Notes: a model not told the origin generated them from the sequence alone. A DNA stretch of 64,000 nt from an uncultured Acidobacteriota bacterium (GCA_963748265.1 CAVVIG010000007.1:63229-127228); one strand, 5' to 3'. Positions 50,382-60,815 are shown, numbered from the stretch's first letter. Program-made: numbers and translations.

Positions 50382-51500
50382 ATGCCTGCTGACCCGATCC
50401 GTGTGCTGATGACCGCCGACGCCATCGGCGGCGCCTGGACGTTCGCGCTCGATCTCGCGCGCGCGCTCACTCCCAGAGGCGTCCGGATCGCCCTCGCCAC
50501 CATGGGCCCGCTCCCCTCAGCAGCGCAGCGGCGCGCGGCCGCGTCCGTGCCGAACCTCGAGCTGTTCACGACCGAATTCCGTCTCGAATGGATGACCGAG
50601 CCGTGGGACGACGTCCGGGCTGCGGGTGAATGGCTGGTCAGGCTCGAGAAGTGGGTGCGGCCGGATGTCATCCACATCAACGGTTTCGCACATGCGGCAC
50701 TTCCCTTCCGCGCCCCAGTGGTCAGCGTCGGGCATTCGTGCCTGCAGTCGTGGGCGGAGGCCCTCCCAGGCGCCATCGACGAGGGGATGCTCGCGCGGTT
50801 CCAGCGGGAAGCAGCTCGCGGGCTCGAGGCGGCCCGTCTCGTCATCGCCCCGTCGCACGCGATGATGCGCGCGCTGCAGCACCATTACGGGCCGCTCAAG
50901 CGAACGCTCGTCATCCACAACGGCCGATCGGACGACCTCTTCCAGCCTGGGCGCAAAGAACCGTTCGTGATGACCTCGGGGCGGCTCTGGGACCGTGCCA
51001 GAAACGTGAACGCGGTCGCGCGGGTGGCGCCGCGTCTGCGATGGCCGACGGCGATGGTCGGCGAGATGGGATCGCTCCCAGGCGGACGCGGGCTGTCGGG
51101 CAGCGGCCTCCGCGTGCTCGGTCTGCTCGACGAGGACGTGCAGGCTGGCTGGCTTGCCCGCGCGTCGATCTTTGCGCTGCCAGCCCGGTACGAACCGTTC
51201 GGCCTGCTGCCGCTCGAAGCCGCGCTGTCGGGCTGCGCCCTGGTGCTGGGCGATATCGAGAGCCTGCGCGAGATTCGGGGCGATGCGGCGACCTTCGTCA
51301 ACCCGGACGACCACGATGCCCTGGCATTCGCGCTCCACGCGCTGATGGACTCGAGCCAGCACCTCGAACGGTACGCGGCGGCCGCGCGGGGCCGCGCGCG
51401 CCGGTATTCCGTGCAGCGCATGGCCGCGGGCTATCTGGAAGCGTACCGGCGGGCACTGTCTGGCGAAGACTCGCACGGCGCGCTGTCCGAGGCGTCGTGA
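50382..51500 (+). CDS. Glycosyltransferase family 4
   Basis: RVLMTADAIGGAW, IHNG, GRLWD, PARYEPFGLLPLEAA. Confidence 0.9.
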   Translation: MPADPIRVLMTADAIGGAWTFALDLARALTPRGVRIALATMGPLPSAAQRRAAASVPNLELFTTEFRLEWMTEPWDDVRAAGEWLVRLEKWVRPDVIHINGFAHAALPFRAPVVSVGHSCLQSWAEALPGAIDEGMLARFQREAARGLEAARLVIAPSHAMMRALQHHYGPLKRTLVIHNGRSDDLFQPGRKEPFVMTSGRLWDRARNVNAVARVAPRLRWPTAMVGEMGSLPGGRGLSGSGLRVLGLLDEDVQAGWLARASIFALPARYEPFGLLPLEAALSGCALVLGDIESLREIRGDAATFVNPDDHDALAFALHALMDSSQHLERYAAAARGRARRYSVQRMAAGYLEAYRRALSGEDSHGALSEAS

Positions 51501-51509
51501 TCGCCTCGT

Positions 51510-52121
51510 TCACGACAGCGCGGACACTGTTTCCCCATTCACTTGCAGCACAGCCGGCGCGCCTGCACCGAGCCGCAGCACGCTGATCCGCCCCGGCCAC
51601 AGTTCCAGCCGGAGCACGAAGTCGATCGGCATGCCGAGGAAGTACAGCAGGATGGCGCGCAGCGTGTCGGCATGCGTCACCACCGCGACCACCTCTCCTT
51701 CATGCTTCGCCCGCAGGTCCAGGATCGCTGACACCGCCCGCTGCTGAACTTCCAGGAGCGACTCGCCGGCTGGAGGGCGCGCGATGCTTCGCACGGCGTT
51801 GTACTGCTGCCAGTGCGGATCGGTGACCATGTCGGCGAACCGCCGCCCGCTCCACTCGCCGAAGTCGACCTCGATGAGACGCGGCTCGATCTGCACGGTC
51901 AGCGCGCGCGCATCGGCGAGCGCCTGCGCTGTGTCGCGCGTGCGCTCCAGTGGGCTGGCGTACACCGCCGCGATCGGCGCGCGGGCCACGCGTTCCGGCA
52001 GGCTGGCTGCCTGCGCCCGCCCGTCGTCGTTGAGGTGCACGCCGGGCGCGTGCCCGGTCATCAGCCGGCCGACCGCGTCGGTCATGCCGTGGCGAATGAG
52101 GAGGAAGAAGGTGGGCGACAT
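51510..52121 (-). CDS. Histidine phosphatase (phosphoglycerate mutase family)
   Basis: LIRHG, SPLERT, EVDFGEW, GES, VTHAD. Confidence 0.9.
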   Translation of the reverse strand: MSPTFFLLIRHGMTDAVGRLMTGHAPGVHLNDDGRAQAASLPERVARAPIAAVYASPLERTRDTAQALADARALTVQIEPRLIEVDFGEWSGRRFADMVTDPHWQQYNAVRSIARPPAGESLLEVQQRAVSAILDLRAKHEGEVVAVVTHADTLRAILLYFLGMPIDFVLRLELWPGRISVLRLGAGAPAVLQVNGETVSALS

Positions 52122-52141
52122 CGCACTCGGTTGGTGCTTCC

Positions 52142-52768
52142 CTACTGCGCCGTCGCGGGCGACGCTGATGCGCCGTTCTCGGTCAACTGTGGAGGAGCTG
52201 CCGGAGGGAGCGGGTCGGGCACGCGGTTGTGCACCGCGGGGACCGAGCGCAGGTAGGCATAGACCGACATGATGTCCTCATCGCTCATCTGGCCGTAGTT
52301 GGACCACGGCATCGGCGGCAGGATCTCGCGCGACGCGCCCATGTGACGGCCGGTGCGGAGTGCCTTGATGAACATCTCCTCCGTCCAGATGCCGAGGCCG
52401 GTGTTCTGGTCGGGCGTCAGGTTGGCGGTGAAGCTCACGCCCCACGGACCGGAGTACGCCGTCCCGGTCGCCGCCGACGCCACCATCCACTCGGGCGAGC
52501 CCGCCGCCGGCTGCGTGATCACGAACTGCTCAGGGTGGCCCGACAGCATCCGGCTCATATCCGGTTCCGGCCCCTTCGGGCCCATCTTCAACGGCGTGTG
52601 GCAATCGTTGCACCCACCGATGGTCACCAGGTACTTGCCACGCTCGATCTTTGCGGCATCCGGCGCCGTGGACGCCTGCGGCGCGGAGCATGCCGCCATC
52701 ATCGTCATCGAAACCACCATCGCACCAGCGCCGACCAGCATCGCCACCGACATCATCTTCATTGCCAT
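52142..52768 (-). CDS. c-type cytochrome lipoprotein
   Basis: MMAAC lipobox, RGKYLV..GGCNDCHTP, ANLTPD..TGLG.W, LPPMPW. Confidence 0.88.
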   Translation of the reverse strand: MAMKMMSVAMLVGAGAMVVSMTMMAACSAPQASTAPDAAKIERGKYLVTIGGCNDCHTPLKMGPKGPEPDMSRMLSGHPEQFVITQPAAGSPEWMVASAATGTAYSGPWGVSFTANLTPDQNTGLGIWTEEMFIKALRTGRHMGASREILPPMPWSNYGQMSDEDIMSVYAYLRSVPAVHNRVPDPLPPAAPPQLTENGASASPATAQ

Positions 52769-52870
52769 TCTCCTCAGACCGCTTCGAACCAGGGGGTTGA
52801 TTGGGAGCGCCTCATCCGGCGCGTCCCTGCCCCTATACGCGACGTTCGAGGAGAAACCCCGCAGAGACGG

Positions 52871-52894
52871 TCAGGAATGGTCAGGAAATCAGGA
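52871..52894. promoter_or_regulatory. TCAGGA direct repeats upstream of the cytochrome c gene
   Basis: TCAGGA at 52871, 52881 and 52889. Confidence 0.4.
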
Positions 52895-52995
52895 GAGGGC
52901 CAGAGGGCGGATGGGGCTGGCCGGGCGGTCCGGGACGGGCGGGTCGGGACGGGCAGGCAATTTCCTGCCCCGTCCTGTCCTGCCAAACCTGTGGG

Positions 52996-53895
52996 TTACT
53001 TCCCCAGTTCCCCGTAGATGGCTTCGATTGCCGCTTTCATGCGATCGGTCCGATAGCCCTGATACTTCGTCGTCAGGTTGATGGAGCCCACTGCCTGATC
53101 GGCGGTCTTGCCGGCCTTCACCGCGGCCTGCACCTCGGACACGAGGTCGGTCATGAACCGCTCGTACTCCTGCAGCATCGCCGGCGTGGTCACCGGCTGG
53201 TGACCGGGAATGATCGTGTCGACGTCCTTGATCGTCGCAACCGCCTTCCCGAGCGTCTTCGGGAACTCGAGGCCGCTGCCACCGTTGGCGCGGTCGATGA
53301 GCGGCGCGTCCTTCCACGGCATCAGGTCGCCGGTCTGGAGCACGCGCAGCGCCTTGTAATGGATCCAGGTGTCGCCGTTGGTGTGGCCGGGGCCGAAGTA
53401 GTAGAGATCGACCTGGTCCTTGCCGGCGCCAATCGTCAGCTTGTCGCCGTACGTGCGCTTCGGCAGGTACAGCGCCTTGTCTCCCTTGAAGGCGTCCATC
53501 TTCGCCATGTTCGCCTTCGTGTTCTCGTGCGCGATGATCTCGACGCTCGTCGGGAAGCCGTCGTTGCTCCCGGTGTGGTCGCCGTGCGTGTGCGTGTTGA
53601 CGATGCGCACGACCGGCTTGCTGGTGACCGCGCGGATCTTCGTCAGGATGTCCGGGCCGTAGCCGGCGAGCTTGGTGTCGACCACCATCACGCCGCTGTC
53701 CATCACGAACACCCCGACATTGCCCCCGGTGAACTGCGTCCGGTCGATCGGGCTCGACGCGGCGATGATGTACAGGTCGTCCTTGACCTTCTCGAGGTCG
53801 GGAAGCGTCGCGCGCTGCTGCGGCTGCTGCCCGGCCACGGCCACCGAAAGCATCCCGACAGCGACGAGCCCGCCGAGAACCATTCCACGTGTCAT
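52996..53895 (-). CDS. Secreted MBL-fold metallo-hydrolase
   Basis: GGAGG RBS; signal peptide; NTHTHGDH, GHTNGD, TGD, IPGH. Confidence 0.9.
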   Translation of the reverse strand: MTRGMVLGGLVAVGMLSVAVAGQQPQQRATLPDLEKVKDDLYIIAASSPIDRTQFTGGNVGVFVMDSGVMVVDTKLAGYGPDILTKIRAVTSKPVVRIVNTHTHGDHTGSNDGFPTSVEIIAHENTKANMAKMDAFKGDKALYLPKRTYGDKLTIGAGKDQVDLYYFGPGHTNGDTWIHYKALRVLQTGDLMPWKDAPLIDRANGGSGLEFPKTLGKAVATIKDVDTIIPGHQPVTTPAMLQEYERFMTDLVSEVQAAVKAGKTADQAVGSINLTTKYQGYRTDRMKAAIEAIYGELGK

Positions 53896-54030
53896 GGTCG
53901 TCCTCCAGACTTCCACAGGGGCTGCCCCCCGGCGTCTGACCAGCGCGGACACCGCGCGGGCCGGACCAAGCGTGGGAATTATAGCCCGCAGGCAAGGAAC
54001 ATGGCCGGGGGCCCGCACGTCGAAGACCGC

Positions 54031-54537
54031 GTGAGCACCCTGCACTTCGTGAACGACGTCATCTTCGACACCGTCACCGGCGAAGTGCGCAGCCCCGCGG
54101 GGACCGTCCGCCTTGAACCGCAGCCGGCGGCCCTGCTCGCGCTGCTCGCGGCCCGGGCGGGCGCCCTGGTCACGCACGACGAGATCCGGCTCGCGATCTG
54201 GGGCAACGCGACACACGTCAACTTTCAGCAGAGTGTCCACTACGCAGTCCGCCACATCCGTGCTGCCCTTCACGACCCCGCGCGCGATCCGCAGATCGTT
54301 CAGAACGTCCCGCGCCGCGGGTACCGTCTGAAGGCTGATGGGCTGGTCCCCGTCCCCTCCGACCTTAAGGGTTCCGAGCCGGTTACCGGCGGATCGCCCG
54401 TCAGGCACAGCCACCTGCTGTGGCTGTCAGCTGCGGCCGCGCTCGCGACGGGCGTGGCGATCCTCGAGCAGCGACCGAACAACCATCACGAGATCGCGGT
54501 CGCCGCGCTGAGGACGTTGCACAGCCTCATTTTCTGA
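54031..54537 (+). CDS. OmpR/PhoB-type winged-helix (CadC/ToxR-like) regulator with C-terminal TM segment
   Basis: RLEPQPAALL, IWG, IRAALHD, QNVPRRGYRL; hydrophobic LLWLSAAAALATGVAIL. Confidence 0.82.
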   Translation: MSTLHFVNDVIFDTVTGEVRSPAGTVRLEPQPAALLALLAARAGALVTHDEIRLAIWGNATHVNFQQSVHYAVRHIRAALHDPARDPQIVQNVPRRGYRLKADGLVPVPSDLKGSEPVTGGSPVRHSHLLWLSAAAALATGVAILEQRPNNHHEIAVAALRTLHSLIF

Positions 54538-54541
54538 GCAT

Positions 54542-54579
54542 CCTCAGCGTTTCCTCAGACCATTTCCGACGACCCTCAG
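54542..54579 (+). promoter_or_regulatory. Helically phased CCTCAG direct repeats
   Basis: CCTCAG at 54542, 54553 and 54574 (11 and 21 bp spacing), upstream of the methyltransferase. Confidence 0.5.
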
Positions 54580-54625
54580 GAACGGGCGGCGGCCCCACCC
54601 GTCCACACCGCACAGGAGGTGCAGT

Positions 54626-55246
54626 GTGGTTACGAAAACGTCTCTGCTGCTCGGGGCGTCCGCAATGGTCCTCGCCGGAGCCGGGCTGCTGGCCTGGCGG
54701 TTCGCCTTTTTCGTCGCGCCGTTCCGGTGGACGGGTGAGCCTGCGCGGCTCGCGAAGGTGCTGAAGATCGAAGCGGGCATGCGGGTCGCGGACATCGGTG
54801 CCGGGACCGGCGCGCTGGCCCTCGCGCTGGCCGAGGGCCTGGGACCATCCTGCGAAATCCTGGCGACCGAACTGTCGCCGGCACGGTTGGACGCCCTGTC
54901 CCGCCTGAATGCCGGACCGGGAGGTCGTCCGCTCACGGTCGTCGCCGCGACGGCGACCGACACGGGCCTGCCAGACGACTGCTGCGACGCTGTCTACATG
55001 CGGGCCATGCTGCATCACGTCAGCGAGCCGGAGCAGTTCGCGGCGGCTGTCCGGCGCGCCGTACGGTCAGGCGGCCGCGTTGCGGTCATCGACTTCCCGC
55101 CTGGCGGCCTCCCCTTCCACGGCGCCGATCATGGGATCACCCCCGAGCGCGTCGTCGGAGCATTTACGAGCAGTGGGCTGACGCTCCGCGAGCGGATCGA
55201 CGACTGGGGAGGAGGAATGTTCCTGTTGCTGTTCGAGGAGGGTTGA
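54626..55246 (+). CDS. Class I SAM-dependent methyltransferase with N-terminal membrane anchor
   Basis: AGGAGG RBS; VADIGAGTG; GLPDDCCDAVYMRAMLHH; GGRVAVIDF. Confidence 0.88.
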   Translation: MVTKTSLLLGASAMVLAGAGLLAWRFAFFVAPFRWTGEPARLAKVLKIEAGMRVADIGAGTGALALALAEGLGPSCEILATELSPARLDALSRLNAGPGGRPLTVVAATATDTGLPDDCCDAVYMRAMLHHVSEPEQFAAAVRRAVRSGGRVAVIDFPPGGLPFHGADHGITPERVVGAFTSSGLTLRERIDDWGGGMFLLLFEEG

Positions 55247-55256
55247 AATCGCAGGT

Positions 55257-56189
55257 CTACTTCGCTGCGGCAACATATCCGTTGCGCGCCCGGACCTTGT
55301 ATTCGCCGCCGTGGACCCTCACGCGGATGCTGTGGTACTTCCCGTCCTCGCCCCTGGGCGGTGTGTAACCGATCAGGTACTGGCTATTGAGCTCGTCGGT
55401 GATGCTATCGAGTGCCATCGAGACCTCGCCCATGTCGTGGACGACGTGCGTGCGCCCGCCGCTCTGATCGGTGACCTCGGCCAGCGCACCCGCGTTCACG
55501 GCGGCATTGATCGCGCGGCGATCCGGCGAGTCGACGCCGATCGCGTACACGAACATGTCGCTTCGCAGGAGCGCCCGCCGCAGATCGCGCAACGTGACGT
55601 CGCTGGCCGTGTCGGCGCCATCCGACAGCACGAGCAGCGCCGCGCGCTGGCGATGGCGCGACTCAGCGAGCGGGATCGCCGCGGAGATGGCGTCGTAGAT
55701 CGCCGTCGCTCCCCACGGCTTGACGGGGTGCAGCCGGGTGAACGCCTGCGAGCGATCGTCGGTCCACTCGGTCAACAGCCGCTGCTGGTGGTTGAAGACG
55801 ATGAGGGCGAACTCGTCGGCAGGATCGAGCAGGTCCGACACGAGCCGGTAGATGGCCATCCGCGCGTCGGAGATACGGCGGCCGTACATGCTGTCGCTGC
55901 CGTCCAGGAGGATCCCGAGGCTGACCGGCACGCGTTCGTTCGTGAACAGGGTGATCGCCTGAGGCTCGCCGTCCTCGAACAGCTCGAACTGCTCCACCGG
56001 CAGCCTGGGCACGAGGCGTCCTGCCGCGTCGGTCACCGTCACGGTGACGGTGGTCAGGTTGACGGCCGTACGGAAGTGCGGCCGCCCGGACGCCGCCTGC
56101 TCACCCGTGGACTGCGCATGCATCGGCGCGACCACCGTTGCGCCGGCGGCGATGGCGGCAGCGACGAGAAGCGCACGGAGCGCGCGCAT
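55257..56189 (-). CDS. VWA-domain protein (acidobacterial type)
   Basis: Signal peptide; FEDGEPQ, LDGSDSM (MIDAS), TAIYDA, LSDGAD, QYLIGY, VRARNGY. Confidence 0.9.
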   Translation of the reverse strand: MRALRALLVAAAIAAGATVVAPMHAQSTGEQAASGRPHFRTAVNLTTVTVTVTDAAGRLVPRLPVEQFELFEDGEPQAITLFTNERVPVSLGILLDGSDSMYGRRISDARMAIYRLVSDLLDPADEFALIVFNHQQRLLTEWTDDRSQAFTRLHPVKPWGATAIYDAISAAIPLAESRHRQRAALLVLSDGADTASDVTLRDLRRALLRSDMFVYAIGVDSPDRRAINAAVNAGALAEVTDQSGGRTHVVHDMGEVSMALDSITDELNSQYLIGYTPPRGEDGKYHSIRVRVHGGEYKVRARNGYVAAAK

Positions 56190-56203
56190 GTCGCATTCTA
56201 CTG

Positions 56204-58894
56204 CTACCGCCCCAGCCAGTAGGTGAACTTCACCATTACCACGTCGTCGGACCTGGCAGCGGCCAGCGTGCGCAGATCGCGCCGGGCGCTGAACGATCCG
56301 GAATAGGCGGAGTCCTGCTGCTGGCGGGTCCACACCGCGTAAAAGGTCGAGCCCGGCCGGAACTCCCATCGGAAGACACTGTTGATGCGCAGCGACTTCA
56401 GGTTGAAATCAGGGTCGTCGAACGAGAGCTCGGGCGCAGGACCGTCGCCGTCGGGATCTGCGGTGTAGCGGCGCAGCGCCGCCTGGTGCGTCAACGTGGA
56501 ACCGGCCTCGCCGTACTGCAGGAAGTCGTAGGTGCGCGGACGCGCGAGCTCGCGGAAGTCGAAGTAGTCGCCTGCGGACAGGAGCGGCTGTGCGAAGACC
56601 TGGATGGAGACGCGTGGTGTGAGGATGGCATTGGCGCGCAGGGTCATCATGAGCTGCGTCTGGTCCAGCAGTCCGAAGACGTCCCGGCGCCCGCCCGTTG
56701 CTGTCGCCGTCTCATCGTCGACGCTCTTGATGTATTGCGCCGTGATGAGCGTCCTGGTCAGCTGGGGCCCGATCGCGAACGCGAACATCGACGAGGGCTT
56801 CAGGTTGAGGGTAACACTCGTCACCCGGTTCCATCCTCCTGCGGTGTGCCACGTGCCGCTGGCGTTCGCCTGCAGCGACACCGCGAGCCGCGGGTCCGTG
56901 GTCATGCCGCCGTTCCAGCCGCCGCCGCCCGGCGCCTCGGCCGACACGCCGCCACGCGTCAGCCGATCGTCAAGCGCCTGTCGCCGCAGCGACCCGCCGC
57001 CGAACGCGGTCCACCAGTTGTGGAACGTGAAGAACATGTTGCCCGTGACGCCGTCGGCCTGCATCTCGCGGCCGAAGTTCCAGGTCCACCACTTCGACAC
57101 CCAGAACGAGCGCGATCGCGTCAGGCGGTCCGGAATCACCCAGCGCCGGAAGAGCACGACATGTGCGCCCGCGCGGTCGGCTGTCGTCAGGAACCCGACG
57201 TCGTTCGACTCGAAGCCAGGGCTGACACCCCACAGCGACGCGTTCACCTGCCACAGCCCCGAGTTGCGATTGAAGTTCAGGCGTCCCGTGTAACCCGCGA
57301 GCGATGTTCGAAGCGGGTCGAGCGAGACATGGCTCGCGTCCGGACGCTGGAACGCGCGCTGCACCAGCTTCTGCGCCCGCGTGATCGCTTCCGTCGTGCC
57401 GCTGATGCGGCTCACCGCGAGCCGTCCATTCACCACCCAGTCCCGCGCAGGCCCGAGGAACCAGTATCCGTCGCCACCGATGACGGTCGCCTGTTTCGGC
57501 AGCGTCAGCGCGACCGTCGCATCGTCGAACTGCCGCGTGGCGGAGGTCGCGATCATGCCGACGCCGGCGCGGCGTCCGATGTCGCGCTGCAGCCTGGCCA
57601 CGAAGTAGTTGGTGCGCGGCTCGATCGTCGTGCTACCGAAGAGGGCCGCGGTCGACGTCCGCGCGACCTCCCGATCGGTGAGCGCATCGAGCAGGCCGAC
57701 ACTCCAGCCGCTGCGCGTCTTGCCGGTGATCTTCGCCGCGGACAGGATGGTGGTGGCCGTCGGCGCGTCGATGTAGTCGCCGCTCGCCTGACGCTGGGGC
57801 GTGCGGCCGATCCGGCGGGAGTAGAAGATGTTCGGGTCCGACGAGTTGAAGCCCCAGTAGTTGTTCGCGCCGCTGCGGCCGAAGTTGTTGAAGATCTGCG
57901 CCCCCTCGACGAAGAAGGGCCGCCGCTCCTCGAAGAACACCTCGAACGCCGTGAGATTGACGACCGCCGGATCGACTTCTACCTGCCCGAAGTCCGGATT
58001 GATCGTCGCGTCGAGCGTCACGCTGCTCGTGAGCCCGTACTTCATGTCGACGCCGCCCGTGCCGAACAGGCGCGAGCCGTCGTTGAACGGGCCCGAGTTG
58101 CCGTCGCCGATGAACTCTGCGCGCGCGGCCGTGTACGGGAGCACCTGCGCGTTGCGGCGCGGCACCAGGCCGTCGAGCCCGACGAGGTGGGCCATGCGCG
58201 ACGCCAGCCCGTTCTGCGACTTCGGCGACTGTTCCAGCCAGTCCGTCTCGTTCTTGCGCTGCACGTACCGCGCGATGTTGATGCCCCACACCGCGCGATC
58301 CACCTGCTGGAACCGCAGCTGCGACAGCGGAATCCGCATTTCGACGCTCCAGCTCTCCTCGTCGCTGGAGACCGCGCTCTGCCACACCGCGTCCCACGAG
58401 GCGTCGTCCCACGTGTCGTTGTAAACCACGGCATCCTTCTGCACGCCGGAGGCGCTCACCCGGAAGAGCGTGCCGGTCTGGTGGTCGTGCATCGGATCGA
58501 GATAGACGGTGATGCGGTCGGCGTCCAGGTCCTCGTCGCGCTTCGCCATCCGGCGGACGATCCGCGCGGCCTCGGTGTCGAACAGCCGCGCGCCGACGTA
58601 AATCGCCTCGTCGTCGAACAGCACCCGGACCTCGGTGCGCTCGGTCGCCGGCTGCCCTTCGTCGGGATCCGCCTGCGTGAAGCCGGTCGCGGCCGGGGCG
58701 AGGGCCCAGGACTCTTCGGCCAGCCGCCCGTCGAGCGTTGGGGGGCGCGACGCGCGGACCGCAGTCACCGTTCCACGCGGCTGATGTGGGGCCGCGCCGT
58801 CGGCCCCGGCGGCATCACCCGCCGCCAGGACCAGGCCGGACAGGACTGCGAGCGGCACACCGATCCTGTCGCGTCTCCAGTGCAGACGTCGCAT
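56204..58894 (-). CDS. CBM9-like + DUF5916 outer-membrane protein
   Basis: PTLDGRL.E..W, WSVEMRIP, TINPDFGQVEVD, FFEERRPFF, FYSRRIG; C-terminal KFTYW. Confidence 0.88.
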   Translation of the reverse strand: MRRLHWRRDRIGVPLAVLSGLVLAAGDAAGADGAAPHQPRGTVTAVRASRPPTLDGRLAEESWALAPAATGFTQADPDEGQPATERTEVRVLFDDEAIYVGARLFDTEAARIVRRMAKRDEDLDADRITVYLDPMHDHQTGTLFRVSASGVQKDAVVYNDTWDDASWDAVWQSAVSSDEESWSVEMRIPLSQLRFQQVDRAVWGINIARYVQRKNETDWLEQSPKSQNGLASRMAHLVGLDGLVPRRNAQVLPYTAARAEFIGDGNSGPFNDGSRLFGTGGVDMKYGLTSSVTLDATINPDFGQVEVDPAVVNLTAFEVFFEERRPFFVEGAQIFNNFGRSGANNYWGFNSSDPNIFYSRRIGRTPQRQASGDYIDAPTATTILSAAKITGKTRSGWSVGLLDALTDREVARTSTAALFGSTTIEPRTNYFVARLQRDIGRRAGVGMIATSATRQFDDATVALTLPKQATVIGGDGYWFLGPARDWVVNGRLAVSRISGTTEAITRAQKLVQRAFQRPDASHVSLDPLRTSLAGYTGRLNFNRNSGLWQVNASLWGVSPGFESNDVGFLTTADRAGAHVVLFRRWVIPDRLTRSRSFWVSKWWTWNFGREMQADGVTGNMFFTFHNWWTAFGGGSLRRQALDDRLTRGGVSAEAPGGGGWNGGMTTDPRLAVSLQANASGTWHTAGGWNRVTSVTLNLKPSSMFAFAIGPQLTRTLITAQYIKSVDDETATATGGRRDVFGLLDQTQLMMTLRANAILTPRVSIQVFAQPLLSAGDYFDFRELARPRTYDFLQYGEAGSTLTHQAALRRYTADPDGDGPAPELSFDDPDFNLKSLRINSVFRWEFRPGSTFYAVWTRQQQDSAYSGSFSARRDLRTLAAARSDDVVMVKFTYWLGR

Positions 58895-58922
58895 GGCGGC
58901 CTCGCTTCAGGATCGGGAGGGC

Positions 58923-59903
58923 CTACTTGGCGCGTCGGAGGTACACGTTCCCGTTGAACGTGCGCAGTTCGAATTCGGCGCCGCCCCCGTTGATGGTGCC
59001 GTAGATGGAGCGGTCCACATCCATGCGGTAGCGCGGACGGTCCGTGTCGCGGTCGCGCGACGAGCTGCTTCGCTGGTTGTCGGTCTGCGACGAACTGCTG
59101 GACGAGGAACTGGAGGAACCGGAACCCGACGGCGGCCGCTGTGCCGCCAGCTCGAAGTCCGTGTAGACGTCGCCGCGGTCGCTGCGCAGGCGCAGGTTCG
59201 CCCGCGCGGCGCCGGGAAGCGTCACGTCGACGCTCCCATTGAAGGACGTGAACGACATCGGCGTGTTCGCCGGAACCTGGCGCAGCGTCGCCACGAGCCT
59301 GCCGTTCACCGTGTTGGCGATGACGCCGCCGCCAACGTCGGTCAGCCTGATGCCGCCGTTGACGTTGTTCACCTCAATCCGGCCGTTCACGCCCTCGACG
59401 GTCACCTCACCGCCGTTGACGGTGCGGAGCACGAGGCTGGTGGCCGGCGGTACCTGCAGGGTGACGTTCGGCCTGCCGCTGGTCGTCCGCAGCGACACCG
59501 TGATGGTGTTGTCCTCTTCCTCGACGCTCAACCCGACTGGCTGCGTCAGGCGCCGCAGCCCGGCAGCCTGATCGTCGGGGCTGCGCTGCTGTTCGCGCTC
59601 CCGCTCGCGCTCGATCTCGCGCTCGCTCCGGGTGGTCGAGACGATCACGTCCCGTCCGGTGGCGGGGCGCACGGTGATGCTGCCGCTGATCAGCCGCACT
59701 CGGACCGTGCCGGGGCGTGACGGATCGCTGAACGGCACGGTGACCTGGTCCCCGCTCTGCGCAGTCGCCTGCGCACCCGGCGGGTTGGTCTGGGCGTGAC
59801 CGATGCCGCCGAGAACCAGCAGCGTGCAGACGGTCGCGGCAAGAACACGGAGTCCGGCGATGGGGCGATGAAACCTTGTGAACATGGATACCCTGCTTCG
59901 CAT
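58923..59903 (-). CDS. DUF4097 beta-strand-repeat protein (start 59903 or 59885)
   Basis: Repeated (T/N)VNG motifs; GTINGGG; LRTFNGNVYLR. Confidence 0.85.
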   Translation of the reverse strand: MRSRVSMFTRFHRPIAGLRVLAATVCTLLVLGGIGHAQTNPPGAQATAQSGDQVTVPFSDPSRPGTVRVRLISGSITVRPATGRDVIVSTTRSEREIEREREREQQRSPDDQAAGLRRLTQPVGLSVEEEDNTITVSLRTTSGRPNVTLQVPPATSLVLRTVNGGEVTVEGVNGRIEVNNVNGGIRLTDVGGGVIANTVNGRLVATLRQVPANTPMSFTSFNGSVDVTLPGAARANLRLRSDRGDVYTDFELAAQRPPSGSGSSSSSSSSSSQTDNQRSSSSRDRDTDRPRYRMDVDRSIYGTINGGGAEFELRTFNGNVYLRRAK

Positions 59904-59924
59904 CTGGCGGCCGCCCGGCGGCCC

Positions 59925-60806
59925 CTACTGCTGTTTCCTCACGCGCACGTCGCCGTTGACGGTCTCGAACGTCAGCTCGGGACCGCCCCCGCCAATCCGC
60001 ACGCTGGTGAATTGATTGGAGCGATAGACGTAGCGTCCGTTGCTGCGCTCGGTCGAAGCCTGGCGCGCCGGCGCCTCGGTCGTCTCGAAGTTGGTGAGCA
60101 GCTCGCCGCGCAAGGTCCGCAGCCGGAGATCCGCTGCGAGGCCGGGAGGCAGCGTGACGTCGATGCGGCCGTTCACCGTCTTGAATCCGGCCGGGCCGCC
60201 GGGAACAGCCGCGAATGTCGCGTCGATATCGCCGTTGACCGTCCGCACCAGCCCCTGGCCGCCCACGTTCGTCATCGTCACGTCGCCGTTCACGTTGCGC
60301 AGCGTGTAGGCGCCCGACGTGCCCTCGACGCGGAGCGAGCTGTTGTTGATGGTGCACACGTCGAGCGTGACCGTGCGCGGCACCTTCACCTCGAAGTCCA
60401 CGCGGACGCGCGTCCGGTCGTCGTCCCAGTCATCCCACTCGTCCCGGACGTCGCGTCCCCGGTCTTCGCGGTGACAGCCGCAGTACCTGGCATCGCCGCA
60501 GACGAGGATCCTCTCGCCCTGCTGCCGGAAGTCGACCTTCGCCGCGGCGTCGGCGGCCAGGGCGCGCCGCTCCTCGGTGCGGACCGCGCTGACCGCCACG
60601 TCCTGCCGGTCTTCGGCAACGATGCGCACGTTGCCGGTGATGTTGCTCAACTCGAGGACCTTCGTTGTGCTGCCCGCGGGCCACTGCAACGTTCGCTCGA
60701 TGGTCTCTCGCTCCTGCATCGGGACGCCGAGCCAGTAGGCCAGGCCGGGCACGAACCACACCAGCGCGGTCACGAGCAGAGCGGCGGCGTGTGAGAAGAG
60801 GTTCAT
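59925..60806 (-). CDS. DUF4097 beta-strand-repeat protein
   Basis: Repeated TVNG/NVNG; IGGGGPELTFETVNGDV. Confidence 0.85.
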   Translation of the reverse strand: MNLFSHAAALLVTALVWFVPGLAYWLGVPMQERETIERTLQWPAGSTTKVLELSNITGNVRIVAEDRQDVAVSAVRTEERRALAADAAAKVDFRQQGERILVCGDARYCGCHREDRGRDVRDEWDDWDDDRTRVRVDFEVKVPRTVTLDVCTINNSSLRVEGTSGAYTLRNVNGDVTMTNVGGQGLVRTVNGDIDATFAAVPGGPAGFKTVNGRIDVTLPPGLAADLRLRTLRGELLTNFETTEAPARQASTERSNGRYVYRSNQFTSVRIGGGGPELTFETVNGDVRVRKQQ

Positions 60807-60815
60807 GACAGGTTC

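Noticed and set aside
52801..54030. 578-aa version of the wHTH regulator
   Set aside because: The extension is antisense to the MBL hydrolase gene; the recognisable domain starts at GTG 54031.
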